The notes under the pieces are model-generated. The model worked only from the letters and a program-made list of their open reading frames with translations. It had not been told where the DNA came from and searched no databases. A program made the position numbers and the translations under genes. A stretch of 57,295 bases of DNA, filler included, from Sanchytrium tribonematis (taxonomy: Eukaryota): assembly GCA_018985235.1 (NCBI GenBank). It is 5 parts of 5 records of this genome, joined end to end, with 100 filler letters (N's around TTAATTAATTAA, not from the genome) between each part and the next. Parts side by side here need not be neighbours in the genome. Positions count along the whole stretch, not along the records: positions 1 to 11,439 come from JADGIG010000259.1; positions 11,540 to 22,963 come from JADGIG010000260.1; 3 more parts are not named here. One strand, written 5' to 3'. Shown here one piece after another: positions 9,990 through 20,971 of the stretch (within the stretch, counting starts at the first letter, position 1; each line of letters opens with the position of its first letter).

Positions 9990-10697
9990 ATGTATTTATG
10001 GATTTTATCGTTATTGGCGTATGATATTGCCAAATATCATGAATTTGAAAATAGAAGACATGCTTTTTATAATGACACGAAATTGGTGAAAGCAGCTGAA
10101 TGCTTTGAACATAAATTGCCCAATTGTTCATTTACTGATTCTAAATTGGTGGGAATGACAAGTGAAATCAGCAATTTGCCAATTTTCACTCAATATTTAG
10201 AAACGCATAAAGTGAAATATATTTTATATCAAAATGACCATTTCACCATTATCCTGAATGATAAATCACCGTATTATACAGGTCAAAATCATAAATTAGC
10301 AGCCAGATCATATGCCCAATTGCTATTATTGCCAAATGCACGTATTTACAATGCTGTCACTTTAAATCACACCCATTTGCCATTATTATATCGAATGATG
10401 GATACCGCACATCGTATATTCAGTTTAAAGAGAAATAGATTGAGAACAGCTCAAAAAATGCGCAAAATTGCATATAACACGGGGAATAATTTGCAATTAT
10501 TTAAAGATGAGCATATTTTCATCACTGATAATTTGATTACTAAGAAATTAAAATATTATGTACATGTACATCCTACTTTAAGTGTGGGACATTTGCATAT
10601 TCATGGGATATTTGAGAATTTAAAACATGGCAGTAAAGATGAGGCAAAGAATATGCCAATGGATGTGATTATGGCGTATCTGGAACACAATAAATGA
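9990..10697 (+). CDS. HIT-superfamily hydrolase (HINT3/DcpS-C-like) with N-terminal signal-like peptide
   Basis: HVHPTLSVGHLHIH histidine triad; LLLLP...IYNAVTL...LLYRM; MYLWILSLLA start at 9990. Confidence 0.7.
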   Translation: MYLWILSLLAYDIAKYHEFENRRHAFYNDTKLVKAAECFEHKLPNCSFTDSKLVGMTSEISNLPIFTQYLETHKVKYILYQNDHFTIILNDKSPYYTGQNHKLAARSYAQLLLLPNARIYNAVTLNHTHLPLLYRMMDTAHRIFSLKRNRLRTAQKMRKIAYNTGNNLQLFKDEHIFITDNLITKKLKYYVHVHPTLSVGHLHIHGIFENLKHGSKDEAKNMPMDVIMAYLEHNK

Positions 10698-10846
10698 AAT
10701 CGATCGTAATGCGCAAGATATTTCATCAATCCCGATGTAATCTAGCAAGTATTTTAAATTAATTGCGAGCAAGAAAGCTTGATTGGTTTGTAACTTAATT
10801 TCAAAGGATTATGATTAAATATGAATATCATTTCTCCCTATTTACA

Positions 10847-11185
10847 ATGATACTTCACTTGACATTATCAGCACTGGCAACTTCCGTCTCAAAACAACCA
10901 AAATCCGAATTTAAACAAATTTTGACTTCAGATCACAATGACTTTAAATGTGGATTGACTTACAAAAGAACCGTCAAGTGTAGCAGCAAAGCAAAAGATA
11001 ACTGGTATTTGATGAAGTTTAAGCATGTAGTTGACATGCAAATTAGAGAATGGGAACAAAAAATATGTGTAAATGAAATTCCTGATATATTGTGGAATAG
11101 TCCACTTCAAATTCCAACATTTGTATGCATTAAAATTGGTGACACGTTTGGAAAATGGGACTCGAAGAAACCCATTCCACAATAA
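10847..11185 (+). CDS. Small secreted protein, 4 Cys, unknown
   Basis: MILHLTLSALA signal; ends CAA TAA A. Confidence 0.55.
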   Translation: MILHLTLSALATSVSKQPKSEFKQILTSDHNDFKCGLTYKRTVKCSSKAKDNWYLMKFKHVVDMQIREWEQKICVNEIPDILWNSPLQIPTFVCIKIGDTFGKWDSKKPIPQ

Positions 11186-11215
11186 ATTGAAATCTGAAAT
11201 CTCAGAATATTTTTC

Positions 11216-11439
11216 ATGACACTCCTTTTTGATGCTGCGCTCAAACAAATCCAAAAACGATTTGCAATGAACCATCCAGATACCCATAAAGCACAATATC
11301 TATTCCATCACTCTGCACAACAAATATTAGACAGATTAAATGACATCAAAACACCATTTCCAGAAATCACTGATGATCACTGTACATTTTCACATTTTAG
11401 TCATAATATTAATCCAGATATGAATGAAATAAAGCATGT
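11216..11439 (+). CDS. NDUFAF5: Second, inverted copy of NDUFAF5 5' region (partial, runs into contig end)
   Basis: Near-identical to the reverse complement of 449-672, with about 5 substitutions (one Q->R). Confidence 0.8.
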
Positions 11440-11539
11440 NNNNNNNNNNNNNNNNNNNNNNNNNNNNNNNNNNNNNNNNNNNNTTAATTAATTAANNNNN
11501 NNNNNNNNNNNNNNNNNNNNNNNNNNNNNNNNNNNNNNN
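11440..11539. other. Artificial contig linker N44-TTAATTAATTAA-N44
   Basis: Six-frame stop linker, identical at four places. Confidence 0.99.
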
Positions 11540-12709
11540 CAATTAAATCACCCTGAATATCTCCATTTTAAATATTATGAAAAATGGCAAAATTATCAAG
11601 ACTCTATTTCTGATTCATATAAAACGATTCCATCTAAAAGACATCATTATATGGATGCATTTAGAGGTATAGCATCTATTATCGTGTTTATGGCTCACTT
11701 TACTGACAAAATGCATGTATCTCAAGATTATTTGAATTCAATGACTTCATCCCATTTCACAAATGTGCGTCAATATGCAAATCAAATGGTCACTTTATTT
11801 ATAGTAATGAGTGGTTATATATTGACACTCGTGTATTCTAATTATAGCTTTAAAAATCTAATTATAAAGCGCATTTTAAGATTTTATCCAATTCATATTT
11901 TGACTTCAATTTCATATTTCATACTTATTTATTACATTTCTCAATATGAATCTGTATGGTCAGTCGTATTATCACCTCAGAAAGTAATGAAATGTATCTC
12001 ATTAACATTTACATGGCCAGAATTCAATTATCCAAATACAAAACATCCCACAGATTTAAATGATTTCTTCTTTTCATGTAATTTGCCATCATGGTCCTTA
12101 TCTGTTGAATTAATACTCAATATGACATTATTTATGGCATTTCAATGCTCAGAAATGGCTATTTTGACTGTATTTGAATATTTCATGATATTTGGTGCTT
12201 ATATGCAATATTCTAGGATATACATCAATTTCTATTATTTCTACATGGCCTGTCTCTTTTGTAAATACACCCAACATATTCAAATCACGCTCATTCCATT
12301 TCGAATGATGTTTGATATTCTCTCCGTATTTTTATTTGCCAATTTGAAATGGATTTTGACGCTTCCTTATTTGACCATGTCACACTATTTCATGTTAATT
12401 CTATTTAGTACATCTCAATCCCTTATGATTTACAAGATATTATCATTAAAATGCTTTAAATGGCTTGGAAATATCTCATTTTCACTTTATTTGATTCATT
12501 TACCAATGATATTGTTATTTGATGTATTACATGGCATGAATCCATGGATTTATAATGATTTAGAATATCTATTATTTATTCTATTTGTGATGGTATTGAG
12601 TTGGTTGGTTTATTTGGGAATTGATTTGCAATTTATGAGATATTCAAAGCAATTTGGTAAGAATGAAAAGAAATATGTGCCATTACAGAGTATCAATCAT
12701 GATCAATAA
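11540..12709 (+). CDS. Acyltransferase-3 (OafA/YrhL-like) multi-TM O-acyltransferase, 5'-partial
   Basis: DAFRGIA...AH, FIVMSGY, KRILRFYP, WSLSVE, LGNISFSLYLIH; the frame stays open upstream of 11651 to the contig start. Confidence 0.85.
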   Translation, partial: QLNHPEYLHFKYYEKWQNYQDSISDSYKTIPSKRHHYMDAFRGIASIIVFMAHFTDKMHVSQDYLNSMTSSHFTNVRQYANQMVTLFIVMSGYILTLVYSNYSFKNLIIKRILRFYPIHILTSISYFILIYYISQYESVWSVVLSPQKVMKCISLTFTWPEFNYPNTKHPTDLNDFFFSCNLPSWSLSVELILNMTLFMAFQCSEMAILTVFEYFMIFGAYMQYSRIYINFYYFYMACLFCKYTQHIQITLIPFRMMFDILSVFLFANLKWILTLPYLTMSHYFMLILFSTSQSLMIYKILSLKCFKWLGNISFSLYLIHLPMILLFDVLHGMNPWIYNDLEYLLFILFVMVLSWLVYLGIDLQFMRYSKQFGKNEKKYVPLQSINHDQ

Positions 12710-12771
12710 ATAGACTAGAAAGCAATAAAATACATTTTTATGTCAAATATTGAAATTACCCATCTTTTGAA

Positions 12772-15216
12772 ATGTACGCGCTATTGATGTCATTTTTGGT
12801 TTCTGTCTCTGTAGATTGTCCAATAATCATTCAACTAGCTCTAGATATGGATATAAAGTACACAAACACCGAATATTTTGTGCAGTATGAGAAAGATTGT
12901 TGTTTGGGAGTTGGAGTCATTTGTGAGAATAACAGGGTTGTTGAGCTACATTGGGGATTTGCGCGTAATTATAACAAAGTAACATATCCATTAGTGACAT
13001 TTCCACCAAATCTACGCGTGTTGGACTTTCAGGGAAATTATAAATCAATGACCATTAAAACTTTACCAAAAACGCTTAAAGTATTGGATACCATTTCAAC
13101 TAGTGATATAAGATTCGAATTAAATGCTTTTCCCAATCTAGTTTACTTGGGTCTTGGTGATATTCCAACCGGTATGTCCCGACTACCAAGATTACCTGAT
13201 TCTTTGGAATATATTGATTTACGGTATTATGACGGTCTTGACATTCTGCCATTAAATAGTAGCAATCTAAAAGAACTTTATTGCTCTTATGAATCAGTAG
13301 ATCGACGAACATTCCCTAATTTACCAGAAACCATTGAAGTCGTGGAATTAGACAATGCGGATTTATATGGCCCTATTTCAACCAATTTTAAGAGTCTTAG
13401 AAAGTTGACGCTATTTGGAAGAGATTTGAGTGGTAATGTGACGATTTCTTCACCAAATATCACTCGTTTGTTTCTCTATCAAAATTCATTTGATAATTTG
13501 TTATTGACATACCCGGAACAAGTAACAGATTGTAATTTGGATGGCAACTATTTTGATGCTACGAATGTAGATGTTCTTGGGAGATTACCTAACAGTTGCC
13601 ATTATTTGCTCAAATCTCCAAAATCTCCGGATTGTGACAATGTTATAGAATTTGCAAAACAAACCAATATGCATTTGACAAATATCAACTTCTTCCGACA
13701 TCTGTCAACCATGCCCAATTGTTGTGATGATAGCTATGGAATCATAAAATGTAGCGGAAATCGTATTTCCGAATTGAGATTTTCATTTTCTTCTTCATAT
13801 TTTAATTTTCACTTGAATGGCACTATAAACACCACATTACTCCCGGATTCACTCTCCAAATTGTCATTAGATGGCAATCAATTTGCAGGTCCTTTTCCAA
13901 ATCTCACTAGTCTAGTAAATTTGAGAGAATTGAATTTAGAAAAGAATAAATTTGAGGGATCCATCATGAATTTGCTACCAGATAGCTTAACAACACTCTC
14001 AATTGGCTTCAATAAGCTTAATGGTACCATCCCAAATTTAAAATCACTGGGGCATTTAAGTGCATCCCAAAACTTTTTTACAAATGTAGAAAATAATTTG
14101 ATTGGAACTATGTTACAGAATATCGATATATCTTACAACCAAATTAAGGGTACTATAGACTTGTCCAATTATGTCCCTAGTCTGTTCAATGTTTTTTACT
14201 TTCAAAATAACTTCATTGATAAAATTATGGTAAATTCTGTGTTAACAAATTTCCAATGTGATATTTCATTCAACAATATTTATGATTTTACCAATTTAGC
14301 AAGTTGTACACATGATATACAAAGGTATACAAGCAAATCAGTGGTCCATTTAACCAGAGTGCTAAACTTCCTAGTTATATTCCAAGTCAAATCAAGTATT
14401 TTCAACTTAATGATGTCAATATTATTGGATATTTGCCACAATTATCAGAAGGATTGGAATCTTTAATTTTGACTGGATTGGATTTACAGGGCGGTATTCC
14501 AAATTTGCCTAGCACACTCAAGATATTGTCAATAACTTATTGTAATTTGACGGGAGTGATTCCACAATTGCCACCCAATTTACAGCAACTTAAATTAAAT
14601 GGAAATCAATTGAGTGGTCCGTTGCCAGATTTCCCTGATTCTTTGCAAGTAATTGTACTTGGTGATAAACATAATGAACGCAATTCATTCAATGATATTT
14701 TAAAAGTGAATCAACCAACCACTTTGGTGCTCGGAAATACCAATATTCGTGATTTACAAATAAGTGACACCAGTTTATTGATCAAATGTGATTTATCTTT
14801 TAGTTTACTACTCAATAGCACCAATATTGCCAATTACACCATGTGTGAAGGATTCTATTTGAGTGCAATTCCTGAAACAACGATGAAGTCCATCTCTACA
14901 ATATCAGAATCGTCAACTGAAGCCAGTAATTTTAATTTATTTAGTCATTACTCGTGTATTTTATAAAACACAATCCTTGAGTTTGTCTAATAGTCTATTA
15001 TTCTCTAAAGAATCTCCAATTGAAACTCAAACCACAATACGAGGAAACAATCAATTAATCAAATTCGATGCGCCTCGATTCAGCTTAAATTGGACATGGC
15101 AAGTCATTGCTAGACTTGTTCTCAATTTATTGGTCATCAATAACATTGTATTTAAACTTCCGCGACGCAAACGAGAAAACAAAAAATTTACCCATGATCC
15201 ACTAAGTGGCATGTAA
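12772..15216 (+). pseudogene. Multi-module LRR surface protein (signal, Cys-capped LRR modules, S/T stalk, C-terminal hydrophobic helix + basic tail); frameshift near 14330, 19-nt intron at 14926-14944
   Basis: Two DC..I...CC...C..NR..EL N-caps, LxxLxLxxNxFxG repeats; the third module starts in another frame without its cap; intron removal joins the 14433 and 14977 ORFs. Confidence 0.7.
14926..14944 (+). other. 19-nt spliceosomal intron GTAATTTTAATTTATTTAG
   Basis: Removal gives EA-I-ITRVFYKTQSLSLSN in frame with the 14977 ORF. Confidence 0.8.
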
Positions 15217-15249
15217 GAAACTTGTAATAAATGATCCTTATATTCAAAT

Positions 15250-16575
15250 TTATTGCTTGACTCGTAATTCGAATTCATTTTCCATATTCAACCATTCTTT
15301 TAATTTTTCCAACATTTCTCCTCGTTTGACTGAAATCTGTCCCTTTCCATCTTTTCTCATATCTTTAATCCCAACCATCCCATTCTTAATCTCATCATCT
15401 CCAATTAAAACACTAATAGGAATATTCTCTTTATCACATTGATCAAATTGAGCCTGCATTTTGGGTTTATTCTTCATTTGAGTCTCTGCACTAATCTGAT
15501 GATCCCATAACTCTTGTAATATCATCAATCTCTCATTTAAACACCCACTACCCATTCCAATTACTAATACTTGAGTTGATTTTGATTTTAAATGAGGTTC
15601 AAAAATGGAACATAATCGATCTACGCCCACGCTGAATCCCACACATGGGATATCTTTACCACTAAATGAACCTACTAATTTATCGTATCTACCACCTGCA
15701 CTGATGGTCCCAATAGGGTGATCGAGTAAAATAGCCTCAAAAATGGGACCAGTGTAATAATCCAATCCACGCGCCAATGATAAATCAAAATGGATTCTAT
15801 CCTTGATTTTATATAGACTACAATACTCTAATAATGTTTTTAATTCTGTCAATCCCTGTTTTGCACTCGCATTTTCAAATAATGGATCTTCTAATAATGG
15901 GGTAATATCTCCATTGATTTGGACATATTTACCAATTAAATCAGCTTGTTCTTCTGTACATTGCTTTTGAATCAACTCTTTTTTGACTTCTTCCCACGGT
16001 GTTTTATCTAATTTGTCAATTGCACTTGAAACACTTCGGATATTGGCATCTGGGACACCAGAATATTGGAATAATCCATCTAATAGTAATCTATGGTTTA
16101 ATTTGATTTTAAAATTCAATTTTAAACTGGATAAAACATCATGCATGATTTTCAAGACTTCTGCATCTGGCAACATCACGCCGAATTGACCAGCAATATC
16201 AAAATCACATTGAGTGAATTCTCTGAATCTGCCTTTGGTCATATAGGGCTGATCACGGCGATACACTTTACCCAATTGAAATCGTTTCATGTGTTGTTTT
16301 TTGGTTAATGCCATGTATCTGGCAAATGGGATGGTTAAATCATATCTTAAACTGAGTGTTTCACCACCTTGATCTGCCAAATCATAGATTAATTTCTGAT
16401 CTTCTCCGTATTTATTCATTAATAAATCTCTTCGTTCAAAAGAAGGCGTGTCAATTTGCTCACCGCCATGTAATTTGAAAATGTATTGGATGGTTTGACA
16501 GACATGTTCACGGACAATGATTTCATTAGAATGGAAATCTTTGGTTCCTTTTGGAAATTTGACAGAAATGCGCAT
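15250..16575 (-). CDS. HTS1: Histidyl-tRNA synthetase
   Basis: PKGTKD, LRYDLT, KVYRRD, GRFREFTQCDFD, LARGLDYYTG, GGRYD, anticodon-binding domain. Confidence 0.96.
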   Translation of the reverse strand: MRISVKFPKGTKDFHSNEIIVREHVCQTIQYIFKLHGGEQIDTPSFERRDLLMNKYGEDQKLIYDLADQGGETLSLRYDLTIPFARYMALTKKQHMKRFQLGKVYRRDQPYMTKGRFREFTQCDFDIAGQFGVMLPDAEVLKIMHDVLSSLKLNFKIKLNHRLLLDGLFQYSGVPDANIRSVSSAIDKLDKTPWEEVKKELIQKQCTEEQADLIGKYVQINGDITPLLEDPLFENASAKQGLTELKTLLEYCSLYKIKDRIHFDLSLARGLDYYTGPIFEAILLDHPIGTISAGGRYDKLVGSFSGKDIPCVGFSVGVDRLCSIFEPHLKSKSTQVLVIGMGSGCLNERLMILQELWDHQISAETQMKNKPKMQAQFDQCDKENIPISVLIGDDEIKNGMVGIKDMRKDGKGQISVKRGEMLEKLKEWLNMENEFELRVKQ

Positions 16576-16601
16576 ACGTGTCAAGGGGTTGAAAATTGGA
16601 T

Positions 16602-18173
16602 TTATTGTTTTTTGCTTTGACCATATTCATTTCCCATTTCACCTGTGATTTTATTAATGTATTTCTTATATTCCGCATCTTGTTTTTTGATCTTATCAAT
16701 CTTTTTAGATGCGATAAAGCCTGCATCTTTTCTAATTTGTCGTAGAGTAGATTTTTGAACATTTTTAACTCTTTTCTTTAATCTCATGGTTTCATTCTTA
16801 AATGCTTGACCAAATAATGGGATAGAAGTGGTCAAAATGGTCTTTTGTTTAATTTGCAATTGCAACATATTGGTTTCATCTTCTGTTTCATTCATAATTT
16901 GTTTAAATACACTTTTACATGGATGAGATGCTTCAAATTGAAATAATACATCAAATTGTGGTTTCATTGATTCTAAATCACCCATTTCTACTAAAAATGG
17001 CTTCAAATGTTGAATAGCCACGTGATTTAATCCCATTGTCTTGTAATATCTTAATGCATATACATAGATCTCAGTATTTAATAGATATTGTGATTCTGAA
17101 TAAGTATGAATCAACTGGCACATTTTTAATCCATTTTCAACGCATTTTAAACAATCATTTTCATTCATTTGCAATTTAAAACTGATTAAATTTAATATGG
17201 CACTCATTGCAGTACTAGTAGGCGTATATAATTTACTCATCAATTGGAATAAATGACATAAATACCCCTCCTGACACCATTTGCCAATATTTGCCATTTT
17301 TGATGAAATGAGCAAATGGAATGATTTAGCAGTTTCTATTGGATAATCAAATGATAAACTGAATAAATGAGGATAAATTGTCATGATTTGATCTGTATTG
17401 AGCATTGGAATGCACTGGATGAGATGTTGTTGCAATTGGATTAATTGAGTAGATTGATTAAAATGCAATATACGTAATTTGTGGAGATATTCGGGAGATA
17501 ATGATTGCATAAATTCTTCGAATAATGGAAAATCGATAGATTCTACTACCAAATCATCATTTTCTTCGATTTCTGAATCATTTTCATTTTCTGACATTAT
17601 TTCTTTCTCAGATGCTTCAGAATCCGACTCACTTTCTGCTTCTTTTATCTCTGCTTTCAATTTCTCTTGTTCTTCTAATACGATTTCATGTATACTCTTG
17701 GTTCTATCCACAGCAATAGCCCGCTTATCACCCACCAATGATCTCATATTTAAATCATATTCATCTGGATCAGCCATTTGATACTGTGGATCTTTAATAA
17801 ATGGTTTAATCTCTCTAAATGCATCATCAATCTTGCTAGACTGCATCGTCAATTTATATTGTTCATTTTGTCTCTTCATTTTCAATTCTTTGTGATGCGC
17901 AATTACTTCATTTAATGTCTGTTTGCGCTGAATATTGGGATCATTAAAATCTACAGAGTCGTCATCACTACTCCCAATATAATCCTGTTGATCATAATTA
18001 ATAGGTTGGCCATGATGGGTTAATTCTAATGAATTTGATGATAATTTGCCAAATTGACGTTTATCCCTTCTGTCTTTTAATTTGGATGATTTATTTTTGG
18101 ATTTTAGTTGATGGGTGATTCTGGATTGTCGTCTTTTAGTTGATGCTGTTGGTTGTCTGTCAAATGGATTCAT
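16602..18173 (-). CDS. NOP14: Nucleolar protein Nop14-like (shortened)
   Basis: MNPF start, LTHHGQ, EVIAHHKELK, YDLNMRSL..DKRA..DRTK, C-terminal RQIRKDAGFI. Confidence 0.8.
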   Translation of the reverse strand: MNPFDRQPTASTKRRQSRITHQLKSKNKSSKLKDRRDKRQFGKLSSNSLELTHHGQPINYDQQDYIGSSDDDSVDFNDPNIQRKQTLNEVIAHHKELKMKRQNEQYKLTMQSSKIDDAFREIKPFIKDPQYQMADPDEYDLNMRSLVGDKRAIAVDRTKSIHEIVLEEQEKLKAEIKEAESESDSEASEKEIMSENENDSEIEENDDLVVESIDFPLFEEFMQSLSPEYLHKLRILHFNQSTQLIQLQQHLIQCIPMLNTDQIMTIYPHLFSLSFDYPIETAKSFHLLISSKMANIGKWCQEGYLCHLFQLMSKLYTPTSTAMSAILNLISFKLQMNENDCLKCVENGLKMCQLIHTYSESQYLLNTEIYVYALRYYKTMGLNHVAIQHLKPFLVEMGDLESMKPQFDVLFQFEASHPCKSVFKQIMNETEDETNMLQLQIKQKTILTTSIPLFGQAFKNETMRLKKRVKNVQKSTLRQIRKDAGFIASKKIDKIKKQDAEYKKYINKITGEMGNEYGQSKKQ

Positions 18174-18307
18174 CCGTGTTTTGTAATAAAACTCCTTTTA
18201 TTTGTAAACTTGATTTGATCAGAGTAATCATAAGTGTAATGGTTGATCAGCTTTTGAAAAGATTTTGAATTGGTTAAACATTTTTGAATGAATAAGTCTA
18301 TTTTAAT

Positions 18308-18964
18308 TTATTCTTCTACTTCAAGTGCTGCCACTTTTTCCATCTTCTCTCTTAATTTCTTTCTTTCAAGTCTTTTTTCTTTTTCTTGTATACGCTGTAG
18401 TTCTTGCAATGCTTTTTCCTTTCTCATTTGAGTTTGATTAATATCATCTAAAACATCCAAAGATGGCCCAATAATCCGCACAATAATCAACGGTGCATAA
18501 TTCTTATGCAATACTTGATTCCCAGAATGTATTCCTTCACAAATCATGACATTAACAACAGGAAATAGCATGGCTATTGAAAATACAAATACCCCAACGG
18601 TATGATTGATATATTTAGTCAATAAAGCACCTAATATCCCAAATACAACCCCACTAATAGAGAATAAAATGGCACACATGGCTGCCAAATTATATGCCAA
18701 AGTATGTCCAAATTGTCGCAAATGAGTGTAAATGCGATTGAAAATGGAATTGGATTGGCATTCTGATAATTGTTGTTTAATGATAAGTGGGTTATAAGAT
18801 GATGTCGTGGCTTTAATTTCGCATTTAGGGAATGATTTGAGGGATCTTTTGGAGAGAATTGCACAAGATTGGTCAATTTCAATTTTAGAGATGCCATTCA
18901 ATTGTGATGTGAATTGATCCATGTGTTGCTGAAGGGTTAGAGTGAGTACTAGAGGATAGAACAT
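18308..18964 (-). CDS. Secreted/membrane protein with two TM helices and charged coiled-coil tail
   Basis: MFYPLVLTL signal, SKRS, two hydrophobic helices, KE-rich end. Confidence 0.6.
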   Translation of the reverse strand: MFYPLVLTLTLQQHMDQFTSQLNGISKIEIDQSCAILSKRSLKSFPKCEIKATTSSYNPLIIKQQLSECQSNSIFNRIYTHLRQFGHTLAYNLAAMCAILFSISGVVFGILGALLTKYINHTVGVFVFSIAMLFPVVNVMICEGIHSGNQVLHKNYAPLIIVRIIGPSLDVLDDINQTQMRKEKALQELQRIQEKEKRLERKKLREKMEKVAALEVEE

Positions 18965-19089
18965 GTTTAAAAGGAGATAGATGGGATAGAGATGGGTTAA
19001 TCAGTTGACACAATAAATTGCGACACTTTGGCAAAGGGATTTGTCATAAATTGCGACATCTTCAAGTTTAAATATCAATTGACAAACAT

Positions 19090-19800
19090 TTATTGCAAGA
19101 GCGAAGGAGAGTTGCTTTTCAAGTCGGCAAATAATCTCAACAAAGTCTCTGTCTTATACAAACTCCAAACAGATAAAGCATTTTTGTTCTCAAATGAGGT
19201 TTCGAGTCGGGGATCCTCAGAAATGATTTTTCTATAGTTATCTTTCGTATGTTGATACCAGTCTACAAAATATGAAGGAAAACGTCTAAATTCCACAAAT
19301 GCTATTAGTAATTTCCTAATCTTAATTTCGGTACACACACTATCAAACGCACAATATAGAATAAAATCAAATCTAATGGATTTATCGAGATGATCCATCT
19401 GAGAATTATCATCATTCGAAATTTCGCTAAAGATATTGTGATACTTTGCCACTTTATCTAGGTTTGAAAGCAGGATTTGAATATTGGATAGTTGCACCTT
19501 AAATTCAGAATTTCGAACGTATAAAAGCAAGTTTTGCTCAATTACCCATTCTTTTAGAATTGCATATTTTGAATCGGAACTAATGATTGAAGAAATGATA
19601 ACAATTACAGTCGCCGCTTGACAATCATTTGAAGCAGCACACTCACTAAGAATATTAAGTTGCCAATTTAAGTCAATCACGGAAGCATTCTCATTAAATG
19701 CCGTTGGTACATAAACTTGCCCATTAGATTGCTGCATGCTGTTGATCATCTTGAACAAATCCACATAGGAGACTGATAACACCAATGGTAAAAAGAGCAT
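19090..19800 (-). CDS. Secreted Cys-motif protein, paralog of 19922-20860
   Basis: W..xILSEC..SNxC and ILxCAFDxxCT shared with neighbour. Confidence 0.65.
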   Translation of the reverse strand: MLFLPLVLSVSYVDLFKMINSMQQSNGQVYVPTAFNENASVIDLNWQLNILSECAASNDCQAATVIVIISSIISSDSKYAILKEWVIEQNLLLYVRNSEFKVQLSNIQILLSNLDKVAKYHNIFSEISNDDNSQMDHLDKSIRFDFILYCAFDSVCTEIKIRKLLIAFVEFRRFPSYFVDWYQHTKDNYRKIISEDPRLETSFENKNALSVWSLYKTETLLRLFADLKSNSPSLLQ

Positions 19801-19921
19801 CTAGGAGAGGATCGCACTTTCTATTTATGTATGAAGAGGAGGTTTCTGTCCAACCCAATTGTGAATTCCAATTGGTAAGGGGATCTTCTAGAATATTTCC
19901 CATTTTAGACGCATCATTCAT

Positions 19922-20860
19922 TTAAATAATATTTATTTGATTCAATTTGAGTGATGCTTCTACCAATATAATTGCTTTCTGTAAAGCATCATCATTTTGA
20001 TGATCATTTAAATATCTCAATAAATTAGTTGCAAAATCACTCGAATATCCATATTGTTGATTCATTAATTCAATGATTTTCATCATCTTTGCAATCGTGC
20101 ATAGATTATCAAATGCACAAAATAATAGTATTTTTGATTTAATCTCATTTAAATTTACATGTTTACCATTAAAAATATGGTGATAAAATGACAAATCACC
20201 CGTATTTTCAAATATATATTGAATAAATGGCAATTTGTATTTGAAATTTGTTATTTGATTTACATAATTAATCATATTATCGAGATATCCCCATTCAGAT
20301 AATTTGGGATTTTTGATTTTATATACAATTTGACGTATTAATTCAATAGCAATTGATTTATCACACATTTCAAGATTGATACAGTCTTTTAAGATGTGTA
20401 AATGCCAATCTTTATCAATTAATGTGGCTTCATTGTCAAAATGAGATGGGTTAATTTTAGATTGATCAAATGGGTGTAATTTGACTCTTAATTTAAAGAA
20501 TAAATCAATATAATTTGGAGGGAATTGGTGCACTTGATCCGGAATGATCTGAGTTGGTAATGATGGATTTAAGAGAGCCATTTGATGAATAATAAATAGT
20601 TCAGTGGATAAATAACAAATGTTGGATTTGGCGCATTCTGATAATATGACAGTTTGCCAATCTGGGCTTAATTTGGATGCAAATATACGGAAATTTGGAG
20701 AGGACTCATTATAGCGAAATGGATTATTAGCTAACAGTATATTGATTGATTGAAATAGAATAGAGAAAGACCCAGGGTCAGTATTTTGTAGTGAGATTGC
20801 CTGACTTTTTTCACCTGATAGTACGATTGTAAATGCAATTAATAAAAAGAGTAAATTCAT
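19922..20860 (-). CDS. Secreted Cys-motif protein with internal duplication
   Basis: Two W-x3-IL-x2-C-x5-C units plus ILLFCAFDNLCT. Confidence 0.65.
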   Translation of the reverse strand: MNLLFLLIAFTIVLSGEKSQAISLQNTDPGSFSILFQSINILLANNPFRYNESSPNFRIFASKLSPDWQTVILSECAKSNICYLSTELFIIHQMALLNPSLPTQIIPDQVHQFPPNYIDLFFKLRVKLHPFDQSKINPSHFDNEATLIDKDWHLHILKDCINLEMCDKSIAIELIRQIVYKIKNPKLSEWGYLDNMINYVNQITNFKYKLPFIQYIFENTGDLSFYHHIFNGKHVNLNEIKSKILLFCAFDNLCTIAKMMKIIELMNQQYGYSSDFATNLLRYLNDHQNDDALQKAIILVEASLKLNQINII

Positions 20861-20971
20861 TTGAGAGGGGAACGTGAGAGTCCGTTTTCTTTCGGAAATT
20901 GAAAGGGGAAAATCACGCAGTTTTACGGAATGGTGATTGGTAAATTGAAATTAGTTAAAAAATTCCATCAT

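Noticed and set aside
14325..14357. 17-nt GT-AG candidates that would fix the LRR frameshift
   Set aside because: Poor fit to YTHATNYAG, and they would delete LRR-like QISGPF; a deletion of the module cap explains the break better
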